A DNA stretch of 64,000 bases from Okamejei kenojei (Eukaryota): positions 22,382,001 to 22,446,000 of the forward strand of contig CM069148.1 in the NCBI GenBank assembly GCA_035221665.1. The letters run 5' to 3'. Positions within the stretch are counted from its first letter, which is position 1, and every line of letters starts with the position of its first letter. The notes under the pieces are model-generated. The model was not told the origin of the DNA. It searched no databases and worked only from the letters and a program-made list of their open reading frames with translations. Made by a program: the position numbers and the translations under genes. Positions 50,474 through 62,418 of the stretch are shown here, one piece after another.

Positions 50474-51596
50474 AAGATAGACACAAAATGCCGAAGTAAC
50501 TTAGCTGGACAGGCAGCAAGGGTCTCAACCCAAAACGTCAACCGGAGAATGGATAGAAGTAATGGGTGATGTTTTGGTTCGAGACACTTGCTGCCTGTCC
50601 CATTGAGTTTCTCCAGCATTTTGTGTCTATCTTCGTTTTAAACCAGCATCTGCAGTTCTTTCCTACAACATAGAATCAACCTGGATGGATTTTGGAATAC
50701 TTTCGGAGTGGACTGATTACAAATCAGAATTTGGTGTCTTCAAATATCCACTTCAAATTTCTCAATTCCACCAGAGATAAAAAATAATATTCTCAGCATA
50801 TATCTAGAATCAAAGTGGCTGACTCCTGTCCTAACAAATAAACCAGCATGAATACTTATTGTGTAGGAAGGAACTGCAGATGCTGGTTCACACCGAAGAT
50901 AAACGCAAAATGCTGGAGTAATTCAGCAGGAGAGGCGACATCTGTGATGATGTCACCCATTCCTTCTCTCCAGAGATGCTGCCTGTCCCCGCGCTGAGTT
51001 TCCCCAGCATTTTGTGTGTATCTCCAATGAATACTTATTCATGCTCAACCAGCAGGCTTTTAACTCCCTCTGGTGGATGTCTATTGTATCGTCAGCTGCA
51101 TGTAATTCCACACTATCATGGCCAGCTTCGGCAGTAAGTTAGGAACATTTACATAGAAACATAGACAATAGGTGCAGGAGTAGGCCATTCGGCACTTCGA
51201 ATCAGCACTGCCATTTAATATGATCAATACTGATCATCTAAAATCAATACCCTGTTCCTGCTTTCTCCCCATATCCCAGAGATTGTTCACAGTAACATTT
51301 AACCGTCCGTAGCCCTAACTGAGATATATGCTAACTCTCTCTTGAAAACATCCAGAGAATTGGCCTCCACTGTCTTCTGTGACAGAGACACAAACATCTT
51401 GTGTAGGAAAGAACTACAATGCTGGTTTAAACCGAAGATAGACACAAAAAGCTGGAGTAAGTCAGCGGGTCAGACTGCATCTCTGGAGAAAAGGAATAGG
51501 TGACGTTTCAGGTCTAGACTCTTATTCCGACCTTCTGTCAGGCTTTCTGCCCTGCTGAGTTAGCTGAGTTATTCCAACTTTTTGTGTTTATCTTTT
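50474..51596. mobile_element. Cluster of three fold-back Penelope micro-elements (50474-50670, 50861-51026, 51401-51596) and a CR1 tail (51150-51388)
   Basis: Each has inverted copies of the terminal unit and its own flanking duplication: TAGAATCAACCTG, ATGAATACTTATT, ACAAAYATCTT. Confidence 0.82.
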
Positions 51597-52512
51597 ACAA
51601 ATATCTTACTACTTTACAGAAATCTGACAGAACTGAATGAGAACACATTGGGAGAGACTGACTGGGTCGAAGTGCAGGCACTAAATCTAAAAGCTGTAGT
51701 TCAACAATCAGCAACATTTTGCAATTTAGTCACATTCTCAGACACCCTGATTTCAAGTAAATGTGTTCTCATGATTTCACTTTTGGATCATTGCAGAGAA
51801 AAGTTTATTCGCTTCTGGCCTCCTTTAGAAGGGACTTTTCACTTTGCAATCTTACTGCATAAGCAGCAAAACGGCATGTTGGTTGCGTGATTTAAAACAA
51901 AAGCATTATCCCTTGGGTAAATTATGAAGAATCTGAATTAAAGGGTGCGCACTACCGGTCTGGTGCTGCTTTTGTGCGGGAATATTTAGTGGAACTGACA
52001 TTTCCTGATAGGAAATGATAATATAATGAAGTTCACACAGCTGCCTTTCCTTCAAACTGCTGTCTTTAACAGGTTTTAATAAAGGGCAAAGCTTTCCCAC
52101 CGCCACACCTCGATACTCCCAGTCCCTCAGTTCTCATTGACTTTTTCTCTTCTTTCTCAGATGCTTGTCCCAGTCTCATCCACCTTATCAAAGGGCCTCA
52201 GAACTTTCCAATATTTAACTCAAACTGACATTTTTTCTAGGCATGAACAAAGTATTGTGCAGTACTATGGACATTTATTTGAGGTGAGCAGAGATGGTGA
52301 AATTGTATCTATTCAAAGTGCACTACATTTCACAGTAAATAAAAAAAATCAAAGGAAAATGTCATGTCGACTAATAGCAGCTTGTTTATATCGTGTGCAT
52401 TAAAATTTTCAAACTCAGAAATAAGTTTCAATGTCTGTGGGTGAACTGCACTTCAGGAATCTTTGGGATCCTATCCCAAAGAATCCTCTCCACTGACTTG
52501 AGGCTCATTGGC

Positions 52513-54320
52513 CTATAACTTCCTACTTCCCTTCTTAGACAATGTAACAATATTGGCTACTAGCCAGTTTTCCGAGACCGTATCTGTGACTATAGAAGAT
52601 ACAAAGATATTTGTCAAGGCCCCTGTAATCTCCTTCCTTGACTCTCTTAATAATCTGGGATAAATCCCATCAGGATTTATCCACCTTAACGCTCTACAAG
52701 AGCCCCAATACCACCGCCTTCTTGATTCCAAATTTCCCTAGCTCATCAGTATTTCCCATGCTGACCGCACTGCCATCTACGTCCTTTCCTTGATGCAAGG
52801 TACTCATTTATTAAACACAAGATGCTGGTTTATTAAAAAGAACGACATAGTGCGGAGTAACTCTGCGCTTTACCATCCATCTCGGGATAGATGATTTTTC
52901 AAGTCAGGACCTTTCTTCAGACTAATTGTAGTGTATTACTCTCCCTGGCTCCAACCTCAAAATGCTGAAATCAGTTTTACCCCAATTCAGAGTATAGGGG
53001 AGAAAGCTGCAAAAGAGGTGGGGCAGTGAAAGCCTGGCAGATGGGTGGGCAATGACTGGAGAGAAAAAGAAGTCTATAAAAAGAAGTTTATTGTCACTGT
53101 ACCTCGGTACACGTGACAATAAACAAAACTAAACTAGATAAAAAGAGTGAAATGTGAAGCAGAGAAATGGGGGAAGGGGAAAGGGGACAGGATAGTGGGA
53201 GAAATGGGTGTGCATCTGGGTGAGACAGTGGGACACAGATATGAGATGAGGTCAAAGAGGGCTGGGGAGGATATGTTGTTACATAAAACTGGAGAATTCA
53301 CTGTTCATTCCTTTGGGTTGTAAACTACTCAAGTGGAATATAAGGAGCTGTTTCTTTTGTTTGTCTGTGGCCTCACTCTGGCAATGGGGGAAGGTTGGTA
53401 TTGGAATGTGAAGAGGAGATAAAATAATTAGCAACCAGGATATCCAGCGGCCTAGGCAAATGTTCAGTGAAATAGTCGCTGACTCTACGCTTGTTCTCGC
53501 TGATGTAAAGGAGGCTGTATAAGGAGCACCTAATGCAGTAGATAAGGCTCAATTAATACCTCAACTGCATCTTCAAATTCCATCCTTTATTCTTGAGTGG
53601 TTTTACCTTCTCCTTGATTACCCTCTTGTTTTTAATGTACATATATAATGCCTTGGAATTTTCTTTAATACAACTCGCTAGTGACAGTTTATGGTCCGCT
53701 TCTAATTGTCTGCTCGAGTTCTTTCTAGCTTGCATTATATTTTACAAAGGCCCTGTCCGGTTGCATCTTTCTTACCTATGTTTTCTTTTTCTTTTTGACC
53801 AAAATTACAACCCCATTGGTCATCCAAGGTTACCTTACTTGGCCATTCATCTCCTTCCTTCTTACAGGAGCGTGCTGGTCCTGAACCCTGATCAACTGGC
53901 CTCTAAAGTGACTTCCACACATCTGATGTGGATTTACCCAATATCAACCGCTCCCAATTTACTCTCCCTGGCTCCAACCTCAAAATGCTGTAATCTGTTT
54001 TACCCCAATTTAGTACTTTCCCCGAAGATCCAGACTTATCCTTATTCGTGATTATCTCAAAACTTACCGAGCTGTGATCATTGTTCTCGGAATACTCTTC
54101 CACTGAAACACCAGTTACCTGGCCACGCTTGTTTCCCAGAACAAGGCCCAGTATGGTCCTTCCTCGGGTTGGATTATTCACATACTGTTTTAGGGAAGTC
54201 TTTTGGATTTGCCTCACAAATTCTGCCCCCCCTAAGCCTTGTACACTGATATTGGTGACAAGACAATGTCACTGAGACAGTTAATATTGGGGAAGTTAAC
54301 ATTACCCACTACGATATTCC
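52513..54320 (-). mobile_element. Degenerate CR1 LINE fragment (EN/RT junction) interrupted by a Penelope fragment (52815-53550)
   Basis: LKQYVNNPTRGRTILGLVL, DHSSVSF, IKENSKALYMYIK, PDGIYPRLL, WLVANIV. The Penelope part carries GIY-YIG residues (LIYCIRCS...YISENKRR) on the minus strand. Confidence 0.8.
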
Positions 54321-55699
54321 TGTTGCATCTGGATTTGAATAATTATTTAACCCTTTTGTGCCAATGTAGCTTTCTGGTGGTGGTGTTGGTTTCCAGCAGA
54401 TATCTCAACACTTGTACAAATGCTATGTAACAACTGTGCCACAAGAGTGTTAGGCAATGACAATCTCCAACAAGAGCAAGCCTAACCACCGACTCCTGAG
54501 ATTCACATCATTACCATCATTGAGCCCTCCAACATTAGAATCTGTGGGAGGTTCCATTAACCAGGAACTCAAGCAGACTTGCCCTAAGCCTGGAAAAGCA
54601 TGGCTAAGACTATCACGAACAGTTTGGCAGCATTGTAGAGTAGACCTCCACCCACCTAGATGAGTACAGCTCCAACAACACCGTCCGGGCCAACGCAGCT
54701 GGATTGATTGGCATTACAACCACCACTGGCAAACTATGCTAGCAGCGTACACCATTTACAAAATGCACAGCTGTGATTACTTGAACCTCCAAACAATTCT
54801 ACCACTAAGGACAAGGGCAGCAAGCATATGGAAACACCACCACCTGCACGTCGCTCCCCATTGTGACTTGGAAACATAGCACTGTTTTTTCAATGGTCTA
54901 AATTCTGGAACAGATTCATAGATTAGGTCCACCTGGGCCACAAATCGGTCAGGAAACCGCAGCGTGTTTCTCATATTTATACATTATTCTACTTATCCAG
55001 TACTGAATTGAATTGAATACTTTATTGTCACATGTGACAAGTCACAGTGAAATTATTTGCTTGCGTACCTTGCCAAAGTACACAAATAACCACCCACATA
55101 GGGAGGTTGTAACAGATACAGATACAAAGTTACAGATACCCCCCCCCCCCCACCCCGTGCCAGTTCCCGTCTCCCCCCTGCCTCATGGCGGTGCCCCCAT
55201 GCTGGGTCCGCATTGTCCACTCCCACAGATATTGCCCGACCTGCTGAGTATTTCCACCATTTTCCTTTTCAAACTTTCACTTCAAGCATCTGCTGTTGGC
55301 TTTGATATTTGATTTCAATTTCTCCACTTGACAATACCCAAGCGGAAATTTTTTTTCTTGTTTATTTGGATTGTCCATTTTATGAAATGTGATGGCAGAT
55401 TGTACTACTCTTATTCTCCTCTCCAAGTCTCCAGTCATAGATTCATTCTGTCAAACTAGTTTAACTTTGTCCCTGGCATCCTAGTCACCCCTTGGTGTGT
55501 TTCATTTGTGAGTTTTCCACTGGTTCCACTCCTAGTTCCCCATCATGCTACTGAGCTTTTAAAATCTTCCACCTCCAGATTCCCATTCCTGAGGGCTGTC
55601 AGAGAAATGTACCATTTTCTCCAGTAAATTTAATTTCATGGTTCCACGAGCTAATCTGCTCCAGTTTAATGCTTTTAAGAAATTCCACTCTAACCACCA

Positions 55700-56040
55700 A
55701 CTTTCCCATCGGGCAAAAGGTGTAGAAGTATGAAAATGCACACCTCCAGATTCAGGGACAGTTTCTTCCCAGCTGTTATCAGGCAACTGAACCATCCTAC
55801 CACAACCAGAGAGCAATCCCGTGCTACTATCTACCTCATTAGAGACCCTTGGACTATCTTTGATCAGACTCTACTGAACTTTATCTTGCACTAAACTTTT
55901 TCACATTATTCCCTTTATCATGTATCTGTACACTGTTGTGGGCTCGATTGTAATCATGTATTGTCTTTCCATTGACTGTAACAAAAGCTTTTCCACCTTG
56001 GTACACATGACAATAAACTAAACTCAAATTTGATTTGAGT
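55700..56040 (+). mobile_element. Rex1/Babar-type LINE 3' end
   Basis: PSGKRCRSMKMHTSRFRDSFFPAVIRQLN plus tail ggtacacatgacaataaactaaact. Confidence 0.8.
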
Positions 56041-56830
56041 TGAATACCGCACTTCCCAGGACCACTCCTTTTTTCCAAACCTGCACCAGGCAGTGCCACC
56101 TAGTTAGTGCCATCCTGGGATTGGTGGCTCTGGTTTCAAGTCTGTTCAGGCCCTCAGCCACTCTATGCTCCTCTTGCCCCCACTCTTCCCTTCTGTCCTC
56201 ACCACTCCCAGCTAAAGGTGTCAAGAATGGCCCGACAGGGTGTGATGATGGGAGAATTACAGCTGACAAGGGAAGTTGTGATCAAGGGAAAACATCCAGG
56301 GGAAAGGATGCGCAGGAAAGGGAAAACAAATGTGATGTTGCCTACTTATGAGAAGAAGAAAGTCATAGTCATAGATCATTCATTTCCTTTGGCAGCTCAT
56401 TCTACCCGCTTCTACCATTTCCTTTGACAGCTCGTTCCATGTCTGCATCACCTTATGGAAAAGTTGCCTCTCAGATCAATTTTATATCTTTCCCCTCCCA
56501 CATTAAACGCATGCTCGCTTGTTCTTGTTCTCATGTTCCCTACCCTGGGTCAAAGACTATGACCATCCGCCTTATCTACCCTCAAGGCTTTATCTACCTC
56601 TAAGGTCACCTCTTAGCTTCCTATGCTCCCAGGGAACAGCCATCCCAGCCTCTCATAACACAAACCTCCAGAACTGGCAATCCTCGTAAATCGCTTTTTC
56701 CACCCTTTCAAGTTTAATGAGTGGGGAAGAATGGGGGGGGGGGGGGGGGGGGGTGCAATATTGATGCTGGGATTTTAAGGGTACAAGATCATAGCAGTGT
56801 TTAGGGTTCGAAGTGGAAAGTGAGAGCCAC

Positions 56831-56928
56831 AGATAGACACAAAATGCTGGAGAAACTCAGCAGGATAGGCAGCATCTGTGGAGCGAAGGAATGGGTGACA
56901 TTTCAGGTCGAGACCCTTCTTCAGACTG
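56831..56928 (-). mobile_element. Penelope-derived hammerhead micro-element
   Basis: Minus strand CAGTCTGAAGAAGGGTCTCGACCTGAAATGTCACCC. Confidence 0.82.
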
Positions 56929-58066
56929 TTCAACGAAAGTGAGAGAGCTACGGGTATAGTGAGAGGAGGAAAATCTGTGGGTCCGAGTTTATTATCATAC
57001 AAAGTGATATGACGTGAAAATATTTCATTATCTTATCATAAAATCAAAGGTCACATCTGAAGTGGGAACAAAGAGACAGCAAATATGCTGATCATTGACA
57101 CATGTAAAGGATATAGTTGGCTGTTGCTCAGGGACTGAGATGCCAACCTACAATCTAAGACCAATGAAGAACCTGCAATGGGCTACAACCTTCATGTAAC
57201 TGTCCTTGGAGCGGATCACTGAGAGACTGGGCCAGAGGTCTGGTGTAGGGCACTACCCAGAGAAACAGCTGCTCAACAGTGACAAGACTGTCTGTACTGT
57301 CTGTATGTTGCCAAAGGTTTGAAGACACGTGTAGGGCAGGAAGCGAACCAACATTAAATTAACCCCCATGCAATGGCTGGAGAGCTGGCTAATTCACAAT
57401 AAACTCTTGCTCAGGGGGACTACTTACATGGAAACATCTGTCCAACATTCAGGAATGAGCCATATTTCTTTACAAAATACTATGACGGATTCATACGCAG
57501 CAGGACAACTTGATGATATATGAAATAAAACCAGAGGAAAATCTGAGCCCATGACAGTTTATATCATAAATGCCAATGCCCCAAATTCTCGACTTACTAT
57601 TGTTAAATGCAAGAAATATTGGAAATGGAGTGACGCATACAAGAAGCGTAAGGGCAGTGATATACTGTTTTTTTTTTAAATCATCGTCTATTTTGCCAGT
57701 AGCTTTTTGTTCCATTTCATTTCCCAATTTAGTTGTACTGCCAGGAGGTGATAACATCACAGGTTTAGTAGATAATCAGAAGCTTCATCTGGTACAGTGG
57801 TGTGAAGCAGGGTGTCAGAAATAATTAAATTAGGAGAACATATGAAAGGGAAGGAATGAATAAATAGACCTTTTTTCCAAAACTAACTTAAGATAAGAGA
57901 TACAAAGTGCTTGACTTTTCCTCTGCAGTGAAAATATGAATTACAGAAATGTCTCGTTTATCTAATATTTATTCAATCAGGTAAAATATTCTAAGGATAT
58001 TAAGTGATTTCATGTCGAATTGCAGTGCAAACCATTGTGGTTTAAAGCGTAAGGAGATAGCATACA

Positions 58067-58260
58067 CAGGCAAACCCTGCATTATGGCCGTTCAGGTAAC
58101 AGTATCTTGCCCTTAGAGAATTCACAAATCACTACGAAAAAAATTGTAATATGGAATAAAAAATTCACTCTTATGAAATATATGTTAAAAAAAAATTGCA
58201 TTACAGGTCGTTCTCAAGGAATGCACCCCCTGGCCGCTCCCATAATGCAAGAGCTGCCTG
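58067..58260. mobile_element. Tigger-like MITE
   Basis: TIRs caggcaaaccctgcattatgg / ccataatgcaagagctgcctg|TA. Confidence 0.65.
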
Positions 58261-58654
58261 TAGATTGACTATTTATTTCAAGCTTTATGCATAGAATATT
58301 AGTGTGTGATATATAGTCATACTTTTTTGAATAATCTTCATGAAACCAGCATACTCATGCACCACCCCCAACCCTTCCCCATGGACGCCAATGGCTGGAA
58401 ATGTATATTAAATAAAAACTGTTAAATATTTATTAAATGAGAACATCCCCATGATACACTTAGTTTGCACAAAAGGCTGGTGCTTTCATATCTGTATAAT
58501 CTCACCTATCTCACCAGTATCTAGCTATCTTTAACCACAACAGCAAGTCCTCAACCAGGGATGTTGAATAAAAGCACTATAAGTTAAATGGTATTTATTT
58601 CAATCATGTTCCCAGATTCCTCGGAAAGAAAATTCCTTGGACAACTGATGCGAT

Positions 58655-59375
58655 GTGAATGGTAGAGCTCTGGGAAGTGTGATAGAGCAGAGGGATCTAG
58701 GAGTGCAGGTACACAGTTCCTTGAAGGTGGCATTACAGGTAGTTAGGGCGGTCAAAAAGGCTTTTGGCACGTTGGTCTTCGTCAGTCAGAGTATTGAGTA
58801 TAGCGGTTTGGAGGTCATATGGCAGTTATATAAGATGTTGGTGAGGTCGCATTTAGAGTATTATGTTCAGTTCTGGGCACCATATTACAGGAAAGATGTT
58901 GTCAAGTTGGAAAGGCTACAGAGAAAATTTATGAAGATGTTGCCAGGACTCAAAGGTCTGAGCTTTTTGGGAAAGATTAAGTAGGCTGGGAATCTATTCC
59001 TTAGAGCATATGAGGATGAAGGGTGATCTTATAAAGTCATGGGAGGAGTAGATTGGATAGATGCACATAGTCTCTTGCCCAGAGCAGGGGAATCGAGAAC
59101 CAGAGGACATAGGTTTAAGGTGAAGGGAGAAAGATTTAATAGGAATCTGAGAGATAACTTGTTCACACATAGGGTGGTGGGTATATGGAACGAGCAGCCA
59201 GGGGTGTAGTTGAGGCTGGGACTATTGCAACGTTTAAGAAACGATTAAGACAGGTACATGGATAGGACAGGTTTAGAGAGATGTGGGCCAAACGCAGGCA
59301 GGTGGGACCAGTGTGGATGGGACATGTTGGTCGGTGTGGGCCTGTTTCCACAATGTATGTCCACTCTATGACTCA
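58655..59375 (+). mobile_element. CR1 LINE 3' fragment
   Basis: QRDLGVQVH...RSHLEYYVQFWAPYYRKDV...; tail ctctatgactc. Confidence 0.92.
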
Positions 59376-60279
59376 TATAACCAAGACATCCGTGACCCTA
59401 AAAGATTGCCCAAGAATAATTTCAGGAAACTAAATGACAACTGCAAGATAAATAAGAAAGTATAAGCCAACAGTCTCTTCATTTTCCTTGCAGTAACCTG
59501 GCTAAAAGTATCAAATCGGTGCTATGGCTCACGCCAACATATAAATGCCATCTCTTCATATTTGTTCCATTAGATTTAAGCAATTCTGCAATATTTATAA
59601 TTCTTTCAGAGGATCTGCATTTAGAATCACCAAATTACACAAAAGCAATGACATTTCAGGACCAGATACCAACTCATCAGGTACCGCGTTCACACAGAGC
59701 CAATAACCAGAAACATACAGGTCATATGGTCTGCAGGGGAAAGCCTAGCACCAAGAGATTATTTCACTGCCACATATATTCACAACAGAGACAATTACAG
59801 AAGTACACCAAATCATGTAAAACTGTTGGGGAGGGGTGGTGGATATCAACTAATACAAAGAAACATAGAAGAAACCTACTCTAATGCTCTTTCACTATTT
59901 TATTTTTTCAATTAAAAGAAATGATGAATGCATCTTACATTTTGTTTTATTAGTACGCTCCATCTCGTAAAAGTGCTGAGATAAAAACATTCTTATAACC
60001 TCGTCATTAATGTGACAATGTTCTTAAATCTATTTGGAATGTGGAGCAAAGCTGAACTGAACAAAGAGATAGGACGCTTGGCGCCCCTGCACAATGCCAA
60101 TTCTTTATGAGCTTGCTCTTCCAACTGAATAAGCCTTTGTATTATAAGAAAATAACACTTATTTGCAGGAAATAATTCTCCAAAAGTATACATATGAATG
60201 TAATAATGGCTATTTTTTGTGAGGCCAGCTTTGATCTCTTCCACATGTCATTTAATTTACAGGAAGGACCAGCTGCACA

Positions 60280-61067
60280 CAGAACACACCAAACAGTTTT
60301 ATTCCTACTGTTTTAAAATTAAAAAAATATATATAGAAGTGTAAATAAGATTGACTGTAATTTTTAAAAATATTTAGAATGTATGTGACGAATAATATTT
60401 TCTTCATTTTTGATTTTATATTATTTCTTCTTAATATGTAATTACTTCTAATAAAAATATTTTACAAAAAAAAAACTGACCAACAAAGCATAAATCCCAG
60501 CTGCAAGCTCAGGGCCTTTGCTTACCTGAAAACTCAATGGCAGAACAGTATTCTTCAGCACTATGATGTTCAAAAAACAAGTCAGAAAAAACCGGGGTGA
60601 CTGCACAGGAACGCTGGACCTGGTTGGCTTGTAAGCAGCAGTTGGGTTTCCAAATTAGGACATGGATTTAAATACAATTAATTACATTTATTAGGAATTG
60701 CAATGTCCTTTTAAACTGTCCAAGTCTATTTTTAATAGAAAATAGTAATTTAAACACTCTGATTAAACATAGCTTAAACTGTGAAAGTAAAGTAAGAAAG
60801 AGCAACAGAATAAAAATAATCCAATAGAAATCACATTAGCAATAAGTATATCGATAAATGGAATAGTGGAGAAACACAAGTTGTCGTGGATGTTGGACAG
60901 GCAGTGGAAACCCACAGCCCGCAGTTTCTGTGCATGTGGGAATCTCAGGATGTTTCACACACTCTGAGGGACCAGATACAGGGTATCTGCAGCTGATGGA
61001 TTTCCAAGAATGAGGAGCAGCTGGAGACACGGCACTGAGAAGACAGGATTTCCGAGATCATATAATC
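60280..61067 (-). other. Candidate terminal exon/3'UTR of a convergent gene (possibly BRSK2 by synteny)
   Basis: Minus strand: acceptor-like cttcctgctgcag| ending at 61068, then repeat-free AU-rich sequence, AATAAA at 60303-60298, and downstream GU-rich tgtttggtgtgttctgtgtg. No recognisable protein sequence. Confidence 0.35.
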
Positions 61068-62276
61068 CTGCAGCAGGAAGACATCAAGTCAACAACAGGG
61101 TGACATGAGACACTGCATTATCATACTCCAAACATTTCTGCAAGTCAACCTGAGTCGCTCAAGATGTATTCTCTCCTCAAATAAAGGTCATCACAGAGAG
61201 GGAGGAGATAATTCAATAGAGGATGGGAGTGAACTGGAAAAAAATATGAACATTGGTTCCAGCAACATTGGTAGGACAGGGATTGAGGTCCTCCAGTAAG
61301 ATTTCACAGTAAAATTTCTAGGAGGTGGGAAATACTTTGAAATGTAACACCTCAGATACTATGAAACCATGATACGTGTATGATACTTCGCAGAAATGAA
61401 ATTTGGAATCCCCATGATGGCTGGGAAGTTAAATTCAAGCAATGAAATTATTATGTGTTTTTTTTTAAGTCGTGGTGCTGGTTTCCATGAAACTAACAGA
61501 CTGTTGGAAAAGCCTAACTGGTCCACTGAACTCCTTCAGAGGAGGAGATTGGATTAATCTCCACAAGGACTGGGGCAGATTTTCTCATGGGGCAGTTCAT
61601 AAATATAGTTGGAGAGATTTAAATTGGATGGGCACCTGCCATGGGGAAACAAAGTCACAATGGTGGACAAAGGAGTCAGGGCAGCAACATCACCAGTGTA
61701 GGAAACTTTGGTTGGATGTAAACTAAGTGAAAATGTGTGAAAAACAATGTCAGGTTTAGAATCCATATGTGTCAATGCACAGTGTGATGAACAAGATGGA
61801 TGTGTAGCCATAATATAATCTCAATAACCAAAATGTGGCTCAATAAATGTCAGGATTTGGCTCTGTGGCACAGCTAATAAGATTGTTATGTCACACCTCC
61901 AGTCAAACAGATTTAATCCTGATCTCCAGTAAAATCCTAACTAATAGTGCTGTGTGCATGTAGTTTGTACATTCTCCTTGTGACTGTGTGTGTTTCCTCC
62001 TGTGCTCTGGTTTCTCCAACACCACAAAAGCAAGTGGGTTGCAGATAGCAAGTAAAACAAGTGTCCTCACATTACTGGAGATGGTTCAAATGTAACCAAA
62101 CAATGGGCCAGAGATAGAGGGACACATTTCCAGGGACATTTCAGGGATGTGGAAGAATGATGGATAGGTAGAGAGGAAGGAGTCATTGTTTGAACTTGTT
62201 CTGTGCATGACGTGGTGCAATTGACCATATTTCAGTGGGGAACAGCTAAGAATGCGTCATTATCAGGGGCAAAGAT

Positions 62277-62418
62277 GGGGATGGAAGATTGCAACCTTCA
62301 CGTGGTCCGCCCTGTTTCGACTAATGCAATCAACTCAACGTGCACAAACAGATAGAACAAATAGAACAAGATGTCCAACAACTTTAGGCTGTGCACGCCA
62401 CACGAAAGAAGAAGAAGA
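62277..62418 (+). mobile_element. Short non-autonomous retroposon with a 5' HDV-like ribozyme and (GAA)n tail
   Basis: Near-TSD AGGGGCAAAGAT (62265-62276) / AGGGGCAAGGAC (62419-62430); (GAA)n at 62404-62419; internal stem CGTGCACA/TGTGCACG. Confidence 0.75.
62278..62331 (+). ncRNA. Minimal HDV-like (CPEB3-type) ribozyme motif
   Basis: P1 GGGATGG/CCGCCCT, P2 GATTGCA/TGCAATC, P3 ACC/GGT, L3 TTCACGT, G for P1.1, tiny P4 T-TTCG-A, J4/2 CTAA. Confidence 0.72.

Noticed and set aside
56024-56427. Cluster of 80-106 aa ORFs as an exon
   Set aside because: No recognisable homology or convincing splice sites; flanked by LINE remnants.
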